From assembly GCA_043228905.1 (NCBI GenBank), contig JBHGNT010000015.1, positions 11,532,001-11,596,000 on the forward strand: a DNA stretch of 64,000 nt. Direction: 5' to 3'. The notes beneath the pieces are model-generated. The model had not been told where the DNA came from. It saw nothing but the letters and a program-made list of their open reading frames with translations, and searched no databases. The position numbers and the translations under genes were made by a program. Shown here piece after piece: positions 35,390 through 46,220 of the stretch (position 1 is its first letter; the number at the start of each line of letters is the position of its first letter). Source of the stretch: Azolla caroliniana (lineage: Eukaryota; Plantae; Polypodiophyta).

Positions 35390-35805
35390 TGTTACGGGCA
35401 TCTGTCAAGATTCGAACTCTTGACACGACCATGTTATAATCTAGTATTATGAGTTAACCAAGATATCTAGTACTAGTTATGTATGTAATTGGTCCTTATT
35501 ATTTTGCTAGCATCATGTGCATAGTTGCTCCCTTGTAGTATTTACACTTGGCACATGCATGCATACCTACATGCTCTATTGTAGATTCACATGCGTGCAA
35601 CAAGTATGCATGCCATGTAGTATAAATAGAGGAGTTCACCTTGAAGGAATTCAAGGTGAACAACACCAGTTATGGAGTCTTTCCTTTCATACTATCTTCT
35701 TTCTTGTCCATTTGGTTATCTTCTTGCTTGTCTCTTGAGTTTATGATCCGTGACAGTTTGTTCACCTTCCCATCCTCATAGCTCTCCCTCTCATAAGCCA
35801 TAGCT

Positions 35806-36822
35806 ATGTCCGATTCAACTAGTGAGTTAGGCCAAATAATGGTAGCCTTACGACAACTACAGCTTGAAAATGAAGCTCTTCGAAATTCTTTACAAGAACT
35901 TCAAGTCGATACCTCCCTATCCTCACAACCCCCGAACCCTAGTCTCCCACAACAACCTAGCCTAGAGCCCGATCTTCTACCAACATCTAACCTAGCTTCG
36001 TCACAGTTTCTTGAGCCTAAGGTTAGCCTCCCAGAAAAATTTGATGGAACGAGGTCACGTTTCCGAGGGTTCATCAACCAAGTTCGACTTATCATTCGGC
36101 TACAACCTCAACGTTATGGAGATGGTCTTCGACAAGTCGGCCTTGTGGGCACCCTTCTCTCCGGTTCGGCCCAAGCTTGGTTTGCACCATTGGTAGAAAC
36201 CTCATCACCTTTATTGGAGGACTTTCCCGCCTTCCTCGCCGAGTTAGAGGCCGCATTTGGAGAGACGGACCAACGACGTACAACTCTTAACAAGATTTAT
36301 GCACTCGAACAAGGTTCACGTGAAGCTTCGGTCTATGCTTCCGAATTTCGACAACTAGCATGCGACGTCAATTGGGATGATCAAGCTTTAGCTGATCACT
36401 TTCGGCGCGGTCTTCGAAGCAATGTCAAGAATCTTCTCTTAAACTTTCCGGAGCCCACCTCGTTATCCCAAGCGATTTCACAAGCAGTCCATTGTGACAA
36501 TCATCTTTTCGAATTTCACCAAGAAGAGCGCCGGACTTGGGTTCCACCTCATTCACTTCCATGCCACGCCCCGGTCATACAACCCCAAGCATCCTCACAC
36601 TCGCCTACTTCGGCAGATGCTCCTGTCCCCATGGAAATTGATCAAGCCCGATTTCGGCCATTGACTGATGCTGAACGACAATTTCGGCGGGCTAATGGCT
36701 TGTGCATGTATTGTGGCGCCTCCGGTCATGTCGTTCGCCATTGTCCTAGGAGTACTCGCCCACAATTCCATCGAGCTAACGGACCCCAACATCCGGAAAA
36801 TGACATCGTTCGGTTGCAGTAG
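35806..36822 (+). CDS. Gypsy Gag (338 aa), sushi/PEG10-like
   Basis: Coiled-coil N-terminus, LPEKFDG, PVPMEID and the CCHC knuckle CMYCGASGHVVRHC. Confidence 0.92.
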   Translation: MSDSTSELGQIMVALRQLQLENEALRNSLQELQVDTSLSSQPPNPSLPQQPSLEPDLLPTSNLASSQFLEPKVSLPEKFDGTRSRFRGFINQVRLIIRLQPQRYGDGLRQVGLVGTLLSGSAQAWFAPLVETSSPLLEDFPAFLAELEAAFGETDQRRTTLNKIYALEQGSREASVYASEFRQLACDVNWDDQALADHFRRGLRSNVKNLLLNFPEPTSLSQAISQAVHCDNHLFEFHQEERRTWVPPHSLPCHAPVIQPQASSHSPTSADAPVPMEIDQARFRPLTDAERQFRRANGLCMYCGASGHVVRHCPRSTRPQFHRANGPQHPENDIVRLQ

Positions 36823-36827
36823 GAGCC

Positions 36828-38914
36828 ATGCAACTGGACATCTCCCGTCGCCCACATTCTCTTGGTTCCATTGCCGGACCATCAGGCAATTTCACATTGG
36901 AGGTATGGCTTTCGTTTAACTCTAGTTCCATTCAGTCTGTTGCTTTACTTGATTCTGGGGCATCTTCTTGCTTCATCGACGTCGCGTTTGCCCAAGCACA
37001 TGGCGTACCTGTCGTTGGCCTCTCAAAACCCATTCCAGTTGAAGCCATCGACGGGTGCGTCCTCTCGTCAGGTGCAATTACTCAAGCTACAACCCCATTA
37101 GGGCTTCGGGTGGGCTCACACCAAGAGGAGCTCACCTTTTACCTCATCGCATCTCCTCGACATCCGATCGTCTTAGGACTAACGTGGTTGGAGGCGCACA
37201 ATCCAATAGTGGATTGGTGCAACCGCTCGATCACATTTAGCAAGCCAAGATGCTCGTGCAAAAGTATGAAGGTAAATTTAGTTTCCCATCCTTCGGAGAC
37301 GGTCGACTCCGAATTGACTACCCCATGATCGGTCCAGGATGGGTTTGTTTGTGGCGCCATTTCTAACACACTCCATGTTATTCCCGAAAAATACCAACAC
37401 TTCTCCGACGTATTTGAAAAATGTAATGCTGATCGTTTGCCGGAACACCAGCTCTACGACTGTTCGATTGATCTTCAAGAAGGTGCGTGTCCACCCTTTG
37501 GTCCTCTATATGCGTTGTCTGCACCAGAGTTGAAGGCCCTTCGTGTGTATCTCGATGAGAACCTCGAGAAAGGCTTTATTCAACCTTCTAAGTCACCAGC
37601 CGGGGCCCCCATTTTATTTGTGAAGAAGAAGGACGGCTCTCTACGCTTATGCGTCGACTACTGAGGTCTCAACAAACTCACTGTGCGCAACCGCTATCCA
37701 CTACCTCTGATCCCTGAACTCCTTGATCGACTCCAGTTGCGCGTGTCTTCTCCAAAATTGATCTGCGTGGAGCGTAAAATCTAGTATGCATCAAGTCGGG
37801 GGATGAATGGAAAACCGCATTTCGAACACGGTATGGGCATTTCGAATACAAGGTAATGCCTTTTGGTCTTACTAACGCTCCCGTAGTTTTTCAACATATG
37901 ATGAACGATATTTTCCGGGAATATCTTGATCTTTTTGTTGTCATTTACCTCGATGATATTCTCATTTTCTCGCCAAACATGGAGGAGCACACTCGCCAAG
38001 TCCGATTAGTTCTTGCCAAACTTCGCGAGCATGGCCTTTATGCCAAAGGCGAGAAATGCGAGTTCGACCGTACCTCGATCAAATTTCTGGGCTACATCAT
38101 TTCACCCACTGGCATCACCATGGATATGAAGAAGGTCTCTGTCATTCAGGCATGGGTGATTCCAACGCGACTTAAAGATGTGCAATCCTTCCTCGGCTTC
38201 GCGAATTTTTACCGTTGCTTCATCAAGGGGTTTTCCACCCTAGCACAACCTCTTATCGTTCTCACCCATAAAGGCACTCCATTTTTATGGACCTCGGAGG
38301 CACAAAATGCGTTCGACTCACTCAAACACGCATTCATAATTGCCCCGGTGCTGCTACATGCCGACCCCACAAAACCCTTCCAAGTCGAAACCGATGCCTC
38401 TGACTTTGCCATTGGCGCCATCTTATCCCAGGCAGACGACAACAACCTAATGCACCCAGTGGCTTACTATGCCCCTAAATTTATGGCATCCGAAATCAAT
38501 TATCCCATTTACGACAAGGAGCTTGCTGCTATCATTGCTGCCTTTGAAGAATGGCGACCCTACTTGGCCGGCGCACAACATCGTGTCCAGGTAGTGACTG
38601 ATCATAAAAATTTAGTTTATTTTTCCACCACTCGTACTTTGAATCGAAGGCAGGCCCATTGGTCGACATTTCTCGCCGACTACGATTTTGAGATCGTATT
38701 TCGACCTGGTGGCCAACATGGGAAGGCTGATGCCCTTTCTCGCCGAGCTGACCTTGCACTCTGCCCTGGGGATGTTGCTTATGCTCAACAATCTAGAAAT
38801 TTGTTGAAACCCGACCAATTGCATCTTTTTGCCACTTGTATGTTGCAGGATGATTCTTTACTCCAACAAATCACTGATGCATCCAAGACAGATGCGTTCG
38901 CCAACGAGATTCGA
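36828..38914 (+). pseudogene. Gypsy pol (PR-RT-RH), disrupted
   Basis: ORFs 36828-37328, 37437-37664 and 37856-38980 carry PR, RT and RH motifs, with frameshifts and stops between them. Confidence 0.92.
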
Positions 38915-38993
38915 GACTGTCGGCACTTCCGAAAAGACAAGGAAACCGATGGTACCGATTCGAAGCGGACACCGGACTGAAACGGTAAGACCG

Positions 38994-41900
38994 TGTCGAA
39001 TACATGTGTATAATGGACGTATTCACACTTTCCCGTTTTGGCCATTTATGTAATTAGCATAAAGGGTAGTTGCCCTAAGTCGGTCACTATATATAGTGAC
39101 CTTGTAACCTTTTTGTGAGGTTAGTTGTTGTATTATTTGCTTTATGAAATAAAGAGTCTTTTGTCTCTCTCTCTCTCTCTCTCTCTGTGCAACGACCTAG
39201 AAACAGTCATACGCAGGTAAGCAGAAAGAATCGAATGCTTCTTGATCTTCCGCATAGACGACCTTGTCCCCAACATCTGGTATCAGAGCAGAGGTTCGGC
39301 CGTCATCACCACCTGCACAGCATTCGGTTCTTCACTTCATCACGGCCTGCACAGTATTCGCGTCATTCGAAGAAAGAGAGAAGAAGAACAAAAACGAGGT
39401 TTGCACCTCATCGCGTTAGATCCTCTTGCTTGGAGTAAGCCATCAGGTTGTACTCTGTTCTTTGTGATCGTAACCGCTCGAGGTGAAATCCCCTTGTGCA
39501 TCATTGACACGATCGTGCTCCACTCGGTTAAACGGCATCCGAAAAGGTCATTAAACGCTGCTCGCCGCTCGTTGTAACCACTCGGTGCAGATCGATCTCA
39601 AGACAACAACCCCAAATTCGTGCTTCATCCGGCTGATCGACATTCGAGAGGATCAGTTGGATCCATCTCTCTCGTCGCTGCAGTCACCCGAAGCCGAATC
39701 GGTCCAGATAATCGGTTTTAATAATCGGTATTCGGCATATATATCCGAAGCGAACCGGGCTCACTTCGACTCGGAACCATTCGGGAAGACCAGTCGGTTC
39801 TGTCCCTCAAGTTACCGGAGTCAATTCGAGCAAGTTCAACAATACATATATTCGAAGCCGAACCGACTCAGGTTCAAATTCGACTAGAACGATATCGGGT
39901 GAGCCAACCGGCTGCACTCCAACAAGGTTCGTAGTCAACTCCGAACCGAGCTTCGTCAACCGAAACCGAATTTGATGGCATCAACATCCGGCTCGTCAGA
40001 AATGAGTCTCCGAAAGTTCGATGGATCGAACTTCAACTTCTGGAAGGAACAAATGCAGGACTATCTCATAGTCAAGGGGCAAATCGATCCCATCGAAAAT
40101 GAAGAACCTCCAGAAGGATACAAACCAATTGAGTGGCAGAAGCTGGACAGAATTGTCCGCGCCACGATTCGGATGCACCTATCGGAATCGGTATACTTTA
40201 CGGTGCAATCGTGTACGACAGCATTCGAACTGTGGAAAACACTGTCGGACACTTACGAAAAGAAGGTCGCCGCAACGAAGATGTTTCTGATCCGGCGCCT
40301 CTACAACTTGCGGATGAAAGAATCCGATTCGGTTCAAGCACACCTCAATGAGTACGAAAGCATAAGCTCCCAAATCTCGTCACAGGGGACGGCAATCGAG
40401 GATGAACTCAGAGCAATGATACTCATGAGCAGCCTTCCCTCATCATGGGAAACTTTCGTCACAACCGTGTGCAACGCGTCAACCACGACTGTTAAATACT
40501 CCGAAGTCACGAGCGCAATCCTGACCGAAGCAGCTCGGAGAAAGTCTTTCGCCAAAGACTCAACAGACGACGCTTACGTAGTACAAGGTTCGACAGACCG
40601 ATCGAACATACGAGGAAGAGATTCCTCACGGCCGCCGAACAATCAGCGAAGACGGAGCCAGTCACGGGATAACCGAATCTGCAACTATTGCAAGAAACCC
40701 GGACACATCAAAGCAGACTGCCGCGCACTCAAGAACAAGAACAACAAGAAGAGTGGCCGGCATGAGGAGATCAATTACGTCAGCTCCTCAGCTGATGTAC
40801 TACCGGACGACCCGAATATACTATCAATCGAAAATCCAGTCGGATCAGAAGTTCTACTCACGACTGAAGAATCGAGCACATGGCTCTTAGATTCGGGCGC
40901 GTCATTTCACGTGACTCCTCATCGATCCCAATTCCGGCAATATACGATCCGTCACTCCGACTCAGTTCGAGTCGGCAACTCACAACACTGTGACATCATC
41001 GGAATCGGCACAGTAGAGCTCAACCTTGCAGGTGGCTCTACACTTGTACTCCACAATGTCCGACATGTACCCGAGCTCTCAAGGCCATTGATCTCAGTCG
41101 GACAACTAGATGAAGACGGCATTCGTGCCGGTTTTTCTTCGGGAGGGTGGACACTCCACAGGGGGAACCTCCTGCTTGCTAGAGGACCCAAGATACACTC
41201 CCTGTATCCGTTACATGTTACGCTCAGAGAGGGTAACCTGTTTTTGGTGGATATTCCTGTGTCATCACTATGGCACCGAAGATTAGGACACCTCAGCAAG
41301 GCCGGCATCACGCACCTATCTAGAGCCGGATACATCCCCAAACTCTCCTTCTCCGACCATCAATTTTGCGAGCATTGCCAGTATGGCAAACAAGCAGCCG
41401 CATCACACCCGACATCAGCACCAAGAGAAACGAGACCTCTCGATTTGGTCCACTCGGACGTCTGTGGCCCAATGCCGCATCAGTCTCTAGGCGGTGCCTC
41501 TTACTTCGTCACTTTTATTGACGACTCGACTCGAAAGGTGTGGGCTTATCCAATTCGCACCAAAGATCGGGTCTTCTCGATCTTCACCGATTGGCTCGCT
41601 ATGGTAGAAAATCAAACCGACCGAAAGCTGAAATGCTTTCGGACAGACAATGGGGGAGAGTTTAAATCCGAAGAATTCGTCAAATTCTGCCGACAACGCG
41701 GCATCCGACGTGAATTTACGGCACCACACAGTCCGGAGCAAAACGGGATTGCCGAACGCATGAATCGGACAATCCAAGAACGGACAGTTTCCATGCTCCA
41801 ACACTCCGGACTGTCGGATGGCTTCTGGGCAGAGGCTCTACTCACGGCAGTACACATAATCAATATGTCGCCAAGTAGACCTCTAGGACTTCAAATTCCT

Positions 41901-44326
41901 CAGGAACTATGGATCGGCAGTAAGCCGAATTACGACAAGCTGAGGATCTTCGGATGCGAGGCGTACGCCCTTATTCCGAAAGATGATCGCCGAAAACTTG
42001 CACCTCGGTCCAGGAAATGCATTTTCCTTGGATATGGATCAGACGGCGAAATGGGATACCGACTCTGGGACCCCGAACGCAGACAAATCGTTCGAAGTTC
42101 GGACGTTGTGTTCAACGAGTCGGCTATGAATCCATCAGTCGACAAACCGATCGAAGTCCGAAGGGTAACATTTTCCGATGTGCCGACCCTTCAAGAAGGC
42201 CCCGCTCTTAACACACGGTCAGCTTCACGGGTAGCTGAACCTTACACTACCGACTCGGACAACCCCGATTCGGCACAGCAGAACAATCCGCTTTCGGACC
42301 ATCCGACCTCGATACCCGATGCGACCAGTCCACTCATACCTCGACGATCCGAGAGACTGTCGCAACCTCCGGAGAGGTATTCTCCTGGAATTTTCTTCAC
42401 CGACGCCGGCGAACCGACGTCTTACGAAGAAGCATCGACATCTGTCGATTCCGCCACCTGGCATCTGGCGATGGAGTCGGAAATGCACTCCATTCGGGCA
42501 AACAAGACTTGGGATCTGGTCGAATTACCTAGGAACCGACGTGCTCTTCCTTGCAAGTGGGTTTATCGGCTAAAAGAGACGTCTGATTCGACCACCCCAA
42601 AGTACAAGGCCAGATTAGTTGCGAAGGGCTTCCGACAGGAATATGGCGTCGACTTCGACGAGATTTTTTCACCAGTGGTGAAAATGACAACCCTTCGTTT
42701 CTTACTCGGCGTAGTGGCAGCCGACAACTTGGAGCTGATTCAGCTAGATGTCAAAACAGCCTTCCTCCATGGCGATCTTGACGAGGAAATTTATATGGAG
42801 CAGCCAAAAGGCTTCGTGGCGACTGGCCAAGAACATCTAGTCTGCCGACTCAGGAAGAGTCTATACGGCCTCAAACAGGCACCGCGACAATGGTACAAGA
42901 AGTTCGACGACTTCATCCAATCGATCGGCTTCTCAAAAAGCGATGAGGACCATTGTCTCTTCACCAACACAGCTCAAGATGGATCACCCATCTTCCTCAT
43001 CATTTACGTGGACGACATGCTAATTTCTGGACGCCACGCGGGCGAACTTGCCGATCTCATTCAGCAACTGCGGTTGAAGTTTGCCATGAAGGACCTCGGT
43101 CCGGCACGACACATACTCGGCATGAAGATTAGTCGGCATCGCGATAAACGACATCTTTTTCTGTCTCAGACCGACTATATCCGACGTGTCTTAGAACGCT
43201 TCAACATGCAATCAGCCAAATCTGCTTCAACCCCGCTCCCTATGAATCTTCGGCTCTCTCAGCGAGACTGCCCGACATCCGGTCCGGAGGGGGAAGATAT
43301 GAAGTCGGTACCGTATGCACCGGCAGTCGGCTCCCTTATGTACCTCATGGTCGCGACACGGCCTGATATTTCTCACGTCGTAGGAGTCGTTAGCAGATTT
43401 ATGCACAATCCCGGCCGATCGCATTGGAACGCAGTCAAGCATGTGTTCAGATATCTGGCTGGCACAAAAGACCACGGCATTCTTTTCGGTCCGAACCGAA
43501 CCTCAGGCGTAGTCGGCTACACCGACTCGGACTTCGCCGGCTGTATAGACAGTCGGAAATCAACAACTGGATACTGCTTCAAATTCGGCAATGGAGCAAT
43601 CTCGTGGAAGTCGAAACTTCAGGAGTGCACAGCGACCTCAACGACCGAAGCAGAATATGTAGCTGCGTCCGACGCAGCAAAAGAAGCTTTGTGGCTCGGT
43701 CGGCTGGCGCACACGTTTCGACAAGTTGACCATGACTCGGCTCCAGTTGTCTACAGCGACAGTCAAGGTGCTGTTGCCTTGTCGAAAAATCCGGTTCACC
43801 ACAACGCCTCCAAACATATCGACGTTCGATATCACTTCGTTCGGGACTGCGTCATTTCAGGAAAAATCGGTCTAGAGAAAATATCCACAACCGACAATGT
43901 CGCAGATGGAATGACCAAGTGTCTTTCGGCAGACCGTTTTCGGTCTCTTCGGCATCAGATGGGCGTAACGACAAACCAGTCCGGTTAGAGTCGGACACAG
44001 AGCAGGATGGTTCCCGACAACCGACATCAGTTCCTTAATGATCGGCTTCAACTGTTCCGACCCGACCAGTTCGGTCTTCTGCCTTCGGACCCTGCCGACT
44101 CGAACAAAGCTGATATGTCCGAGAACCTAAGTCTATACGCCCATTACGGGGGAGTGTCGAATACATGTGTATAATGGACGTATTCACACTTTCCCGTTTT
44201 GGCCATTTATGTAATTAGCATAAAGGGTAGTTGCCCTAAGTCGGTCACTATATATAGTGACCTTGTAACCTTTTTGTGAGGTTAGTTGTTGTATTATTTG
44301 CTTTATGAAATAAAGAGTCTTTTGTC

Positions 44327-44363
<37 letters not shown>

Positions 44364-44452
44364 GTGCAACGACCTAGAAACAGTCATACGCAGGTAAGCA
44401 GAAAGAATCGAATGCTTCTTGATCTTCCGCATAGACGACCTTGTCCCCAACA
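38994..44452 (+). mobile_element. Intact young Copia (sister of 14158-19593), LTRs 38994-39275 and 44155-44452
   Basis: TG...CA ends, PBS TGGTATCAGAGC 39278-39289, PPT 44143-44154. The LTRs differ only in the CT tract. Flanks GACCG / CCTTT show no TSD. Confidence 0.97.
39972..43988 (+). CDS. Copia gag-pol polyprotein, 1338 aa, intact
   Basis: Same motifs as 14682-18698, with about 19 amino-acid differences counted by eye. Confidence 0.98.
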   Translation: MMASTSGSSEMSLRKFDGSNFNFWKEQMQDYLIVKGQIDPIENEEPPEGYKPIEWQKLDRIVRATIRMHLSESVYFTVQSCTTAFELWKTLSDTYEKKVAATKMFLIRRLYNLRMKESDSVQAHLNEYESISSQISSQGTAIEDELRAMILMSSLPSSWETFVTTVCNASTTTVKYSEVTSAILTEAARRKSFAKDSTDDAYVVQGSTDRSNIRGRDSSRPPNNQRRRSQSRDNRICNYCKKPGHIKADCRALKNKNNKKSGRHEEINYVSSSADVLPDDPNILSIENPVGSEVLLTTEESSTWLLDSGASFHVTPHRSQFRQYTIRHSDSVRVGNSQHCDIIGIGTVELNLAGGSTLVLHNVRHVPELSRPLISVGQLDEDGIRAGFSSGGWTLHRGNLLLARGPKIHSLYPLHVTLREGNLFLVDIPVSSLWHRRLGHLSKAGITHLSRAGYIPKLSFSDHQFCEHCQYGKQAAASHPTSAPRETRPLDLVHSDVCGPMPHQSLGGASYFVTFIDDSTRKVWAYPIRTKDRVFSIFTDWLAMVENQTDRKLKCFRTDNGGEFKSEEFVKFCRQRGIRREFTAPHSPEQNGIAERMNRTIQERTVSMLQHSGLSDGFWAEALLTAVHIINMSPSRPLGLQIPQELWIGSKPNYDKLRIFGCEAYALIPKDDRRKLAPRSRKCIFLGYGSDGEMGYRLWDPERRQIVRSSDVVFNESAMNPSVDKPIEVRRVTFSDVPTLQEGPALNTRSASRVAEPYTTDSDNPDSAQQNNPLSDHPTSIPDATSPLIPRRSERLSQPPERYSPGIFFTDAGEPTSYEEASTSVDSATWHLAMESEMHSIRANKTWDLVELPRNRRALPCKWVYRLKETSDSTTPKYKARLVAKGFRQEYGVDFDEIFSPVVKMTTLRFLLGVVAADNLELIQLDVKTAFLHGDLDEEIYMEQPKGFVATGQEHLVCRLRKSLYGLKQAPRQWYKKFDDFIQSIGFSKSDEDHCLFTNTAQDGSPIFLIIYVDDMLISGRHAGELADLIQQLRLKFAMKDLGPARHILGMKISRHRDKRHLFLSQTDYIRRVLERFNMQSAKSASTPLPMNLRLSQRDCPTSGPEGEDMKSVPYAPAVGSLMYLMVATRPDISHVVGVVSRFMHNPGRSHWNAVKHVFRYLAGTKDHGILFGPNRTSGVVGYTDSDFAGCIDSRKSTTGYCFKFGNGAISWKSKLQECTATSTTEAEYVAASDAAKEALWLGRLAHTFRQVDHDSAPVVYSDSQGAVALSKNPVHHNASKHIDVRYHFVRDCVISGKIGLEKISTTDNVADGMTKCLSADRFRSLRHQMGVTTNQSG

Positions 44453-44494
44453 CCTTTTTCTCCGATTCTGCCTACGGCCGGTTTTCTTCACGAT

Positions 44495-46112
44495 AACGGA
44501 TGCCAATTGGGCTGGAAATGCAGCCGATCGCAGGTCCACATCTGGGTTCGCATTTTCATTGGGAAGTGCTACGATCGCCTGGACTAGTAAAACGTAGCCG
44601 ACAGTGGCACTGTCGAGCACTGAGGCTGAGTATCGAGGGCCAGTTGTCGCCATGTGCGAAGCCTTTTGGCTCAAAAGGCTACTAAAGGATCTCTATGGAG
44701 AGGTGTCCGAGCTGACAGTCATATTCTGTGACAACCTTTGCAGGATCCAGTTAGTGAAGAACCCTATCTTCCCGCTTGGACAAAGCACATTGAGGTGCAC
44801 TATCATTTTTTTCGTGAGCGTGTTGTCCCTAGTGATGTTGAATTTGTGTATGTTCCAACCGATCAGTAGGTTGCCGATATCTTTACCAAACCTCTTGGCC
44901 CAGACAAGTTGTGGCAATTCTCGAGCATGCTTGGTATCCAAAGCCTCGATATGCTGAACTTGAGGGGGAGGAGTGAAGCCGAAAAGGAGAGTGACAAAGT
45001 CCGAAGAAGAACCGAATCAGATGTAGAATTTGATTTCAGCAGGATTAAAGAAGTCGGAACATTCGGATGGATAGATGGAAAAAGATCGGCTAAGAAGTCA
45101 GAGTGACCGAAAGAGAGAGCCAAAGCAAGAGCCAATGGAACTAAGTGCAAGTAAAGACAAGGAGGGCAAGAAAGGTGGCAGAGTAAAAAAGGACAGAGCC
45201 GGCCGAGCGAAGGCCAAGACCAAGACTTGGGCAGATGTGGTCAAGGGCCTGAAGGAGGACTAATTGGGGACAATCAATTCGGAGAAGAGTTCTAATGAAT
45301 CAGAACCAGCCGATTCGGTCAAGGAAGATGATTTGGACATGATGAATTACACAGAGGCCAAGCGGACGAGGAGGTAGCCGAAGCCGATGCCGACATGGAG
45401 GAGCCGACGGGTTGAGGGGCGCCAATACCGCGACAACAAGGGAGCTGACAAGGGCCTTGGAAGTAGATAAGCCAACCATAAGGGTCAAAGTGTGCGGAAC
45501 CAAATGGGTCGAGGATTGCCAGACTGAAGGGGTTGTGAGACACAAGGACGAACTGGACGAGGAGCACAAGCGAGGCGTCAGGATGCCAGGAGAAGAGGCT
45601 GGATTGATGAACCAGCTGGAACTAACACAGAGGGACCTCAAGTTGAGCTTCAGGGGGAGTGTTGAGAGACAAGTTCAACATGGACAGAATCGGCTGAAGA
45701 AGCCGAGGACAGAGGGCTAAGAGCTGAGAGCCGAGAGTTGAGGGCCGACGGTTGGGAGCCGAATCGAAGAAAGTTTGACTCGGGCCAAGTCAGAAGAATT
45801 CCAAAAAGGTCGTTGAAGGCCAATATTCCTATGATGGTAGATAGGAATATGGTAGGCAAAATTAGTGTTAGGCTCATTTATGAGCATTCAAGTACTGACG
45901 GTACTTGTGTCAGCCCACTCGTCAGTGGTTTGAATAAAAAGTGCTCACTGAGCACAAAATATGTACCAAGTGTTCATTATTCGAAATAGAAGTTGTTGTC
46001 TACTCTCTCTCTCTCACCATTCTCTGTGTTTACCTAATTGTCAAGTTTCTGAAACCAACTGTGTACTTGGTGTCTTTTGCACACGCTTCCACACACATAT
46101 TCTTTTTCAATA
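44495..46112 (+). mobile_element. Copia 3' fragment: RNase H, 3' extension, PPT, LTR 45660-46112
   Basis: TDANWAGNAADRRSTSG and ALSSTEAEY. CAGGGGGAG then TGTTGAGAGACAAG...TCAATA. Confidence 0.9.
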
Positions 46113-46220
46113 TTGTTCCCAAGTTGTGATAAATTGGCGTTGCAAAAAGTTTCATTGATAGAGGAATCTATTGATGCATCATGCAACAAATGTGATGCAC
46201 TTGTTTTGCAAACCATTTTC
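46113..46220 (-). pseudogene. Short decayed LINE fragment
   Basis: attggcgttgcaaaaa...gaggaat...tgatgcatcatg matches 55685-55740. Confidence 0.7.

Larger units (their letters stand above)
35390..38914 (+). mobile_element. Tf1/sushi/Tcn1-like Gypsy, 3'-truncated; 5' LTR 35390-35755
   Basis: LTR TGTTACGG...CCGTGACA, TATAAATA at 35621, no tRNA PBS. Gag, PR (LDSGAS), RT (YLDD) and RNase H (ETDASD) present, ending before integrase. Confidence 0.92.

Noticed and set aside
32077-46112. LTRs 32077-32477 and 45660-46112 as the two ends of one element
   Set aside because: They are similar but have several indels and different 3' ends, and the flanks ATATT / TTGTT are not a convincing TSD. Same subfamily, pairing unproven.
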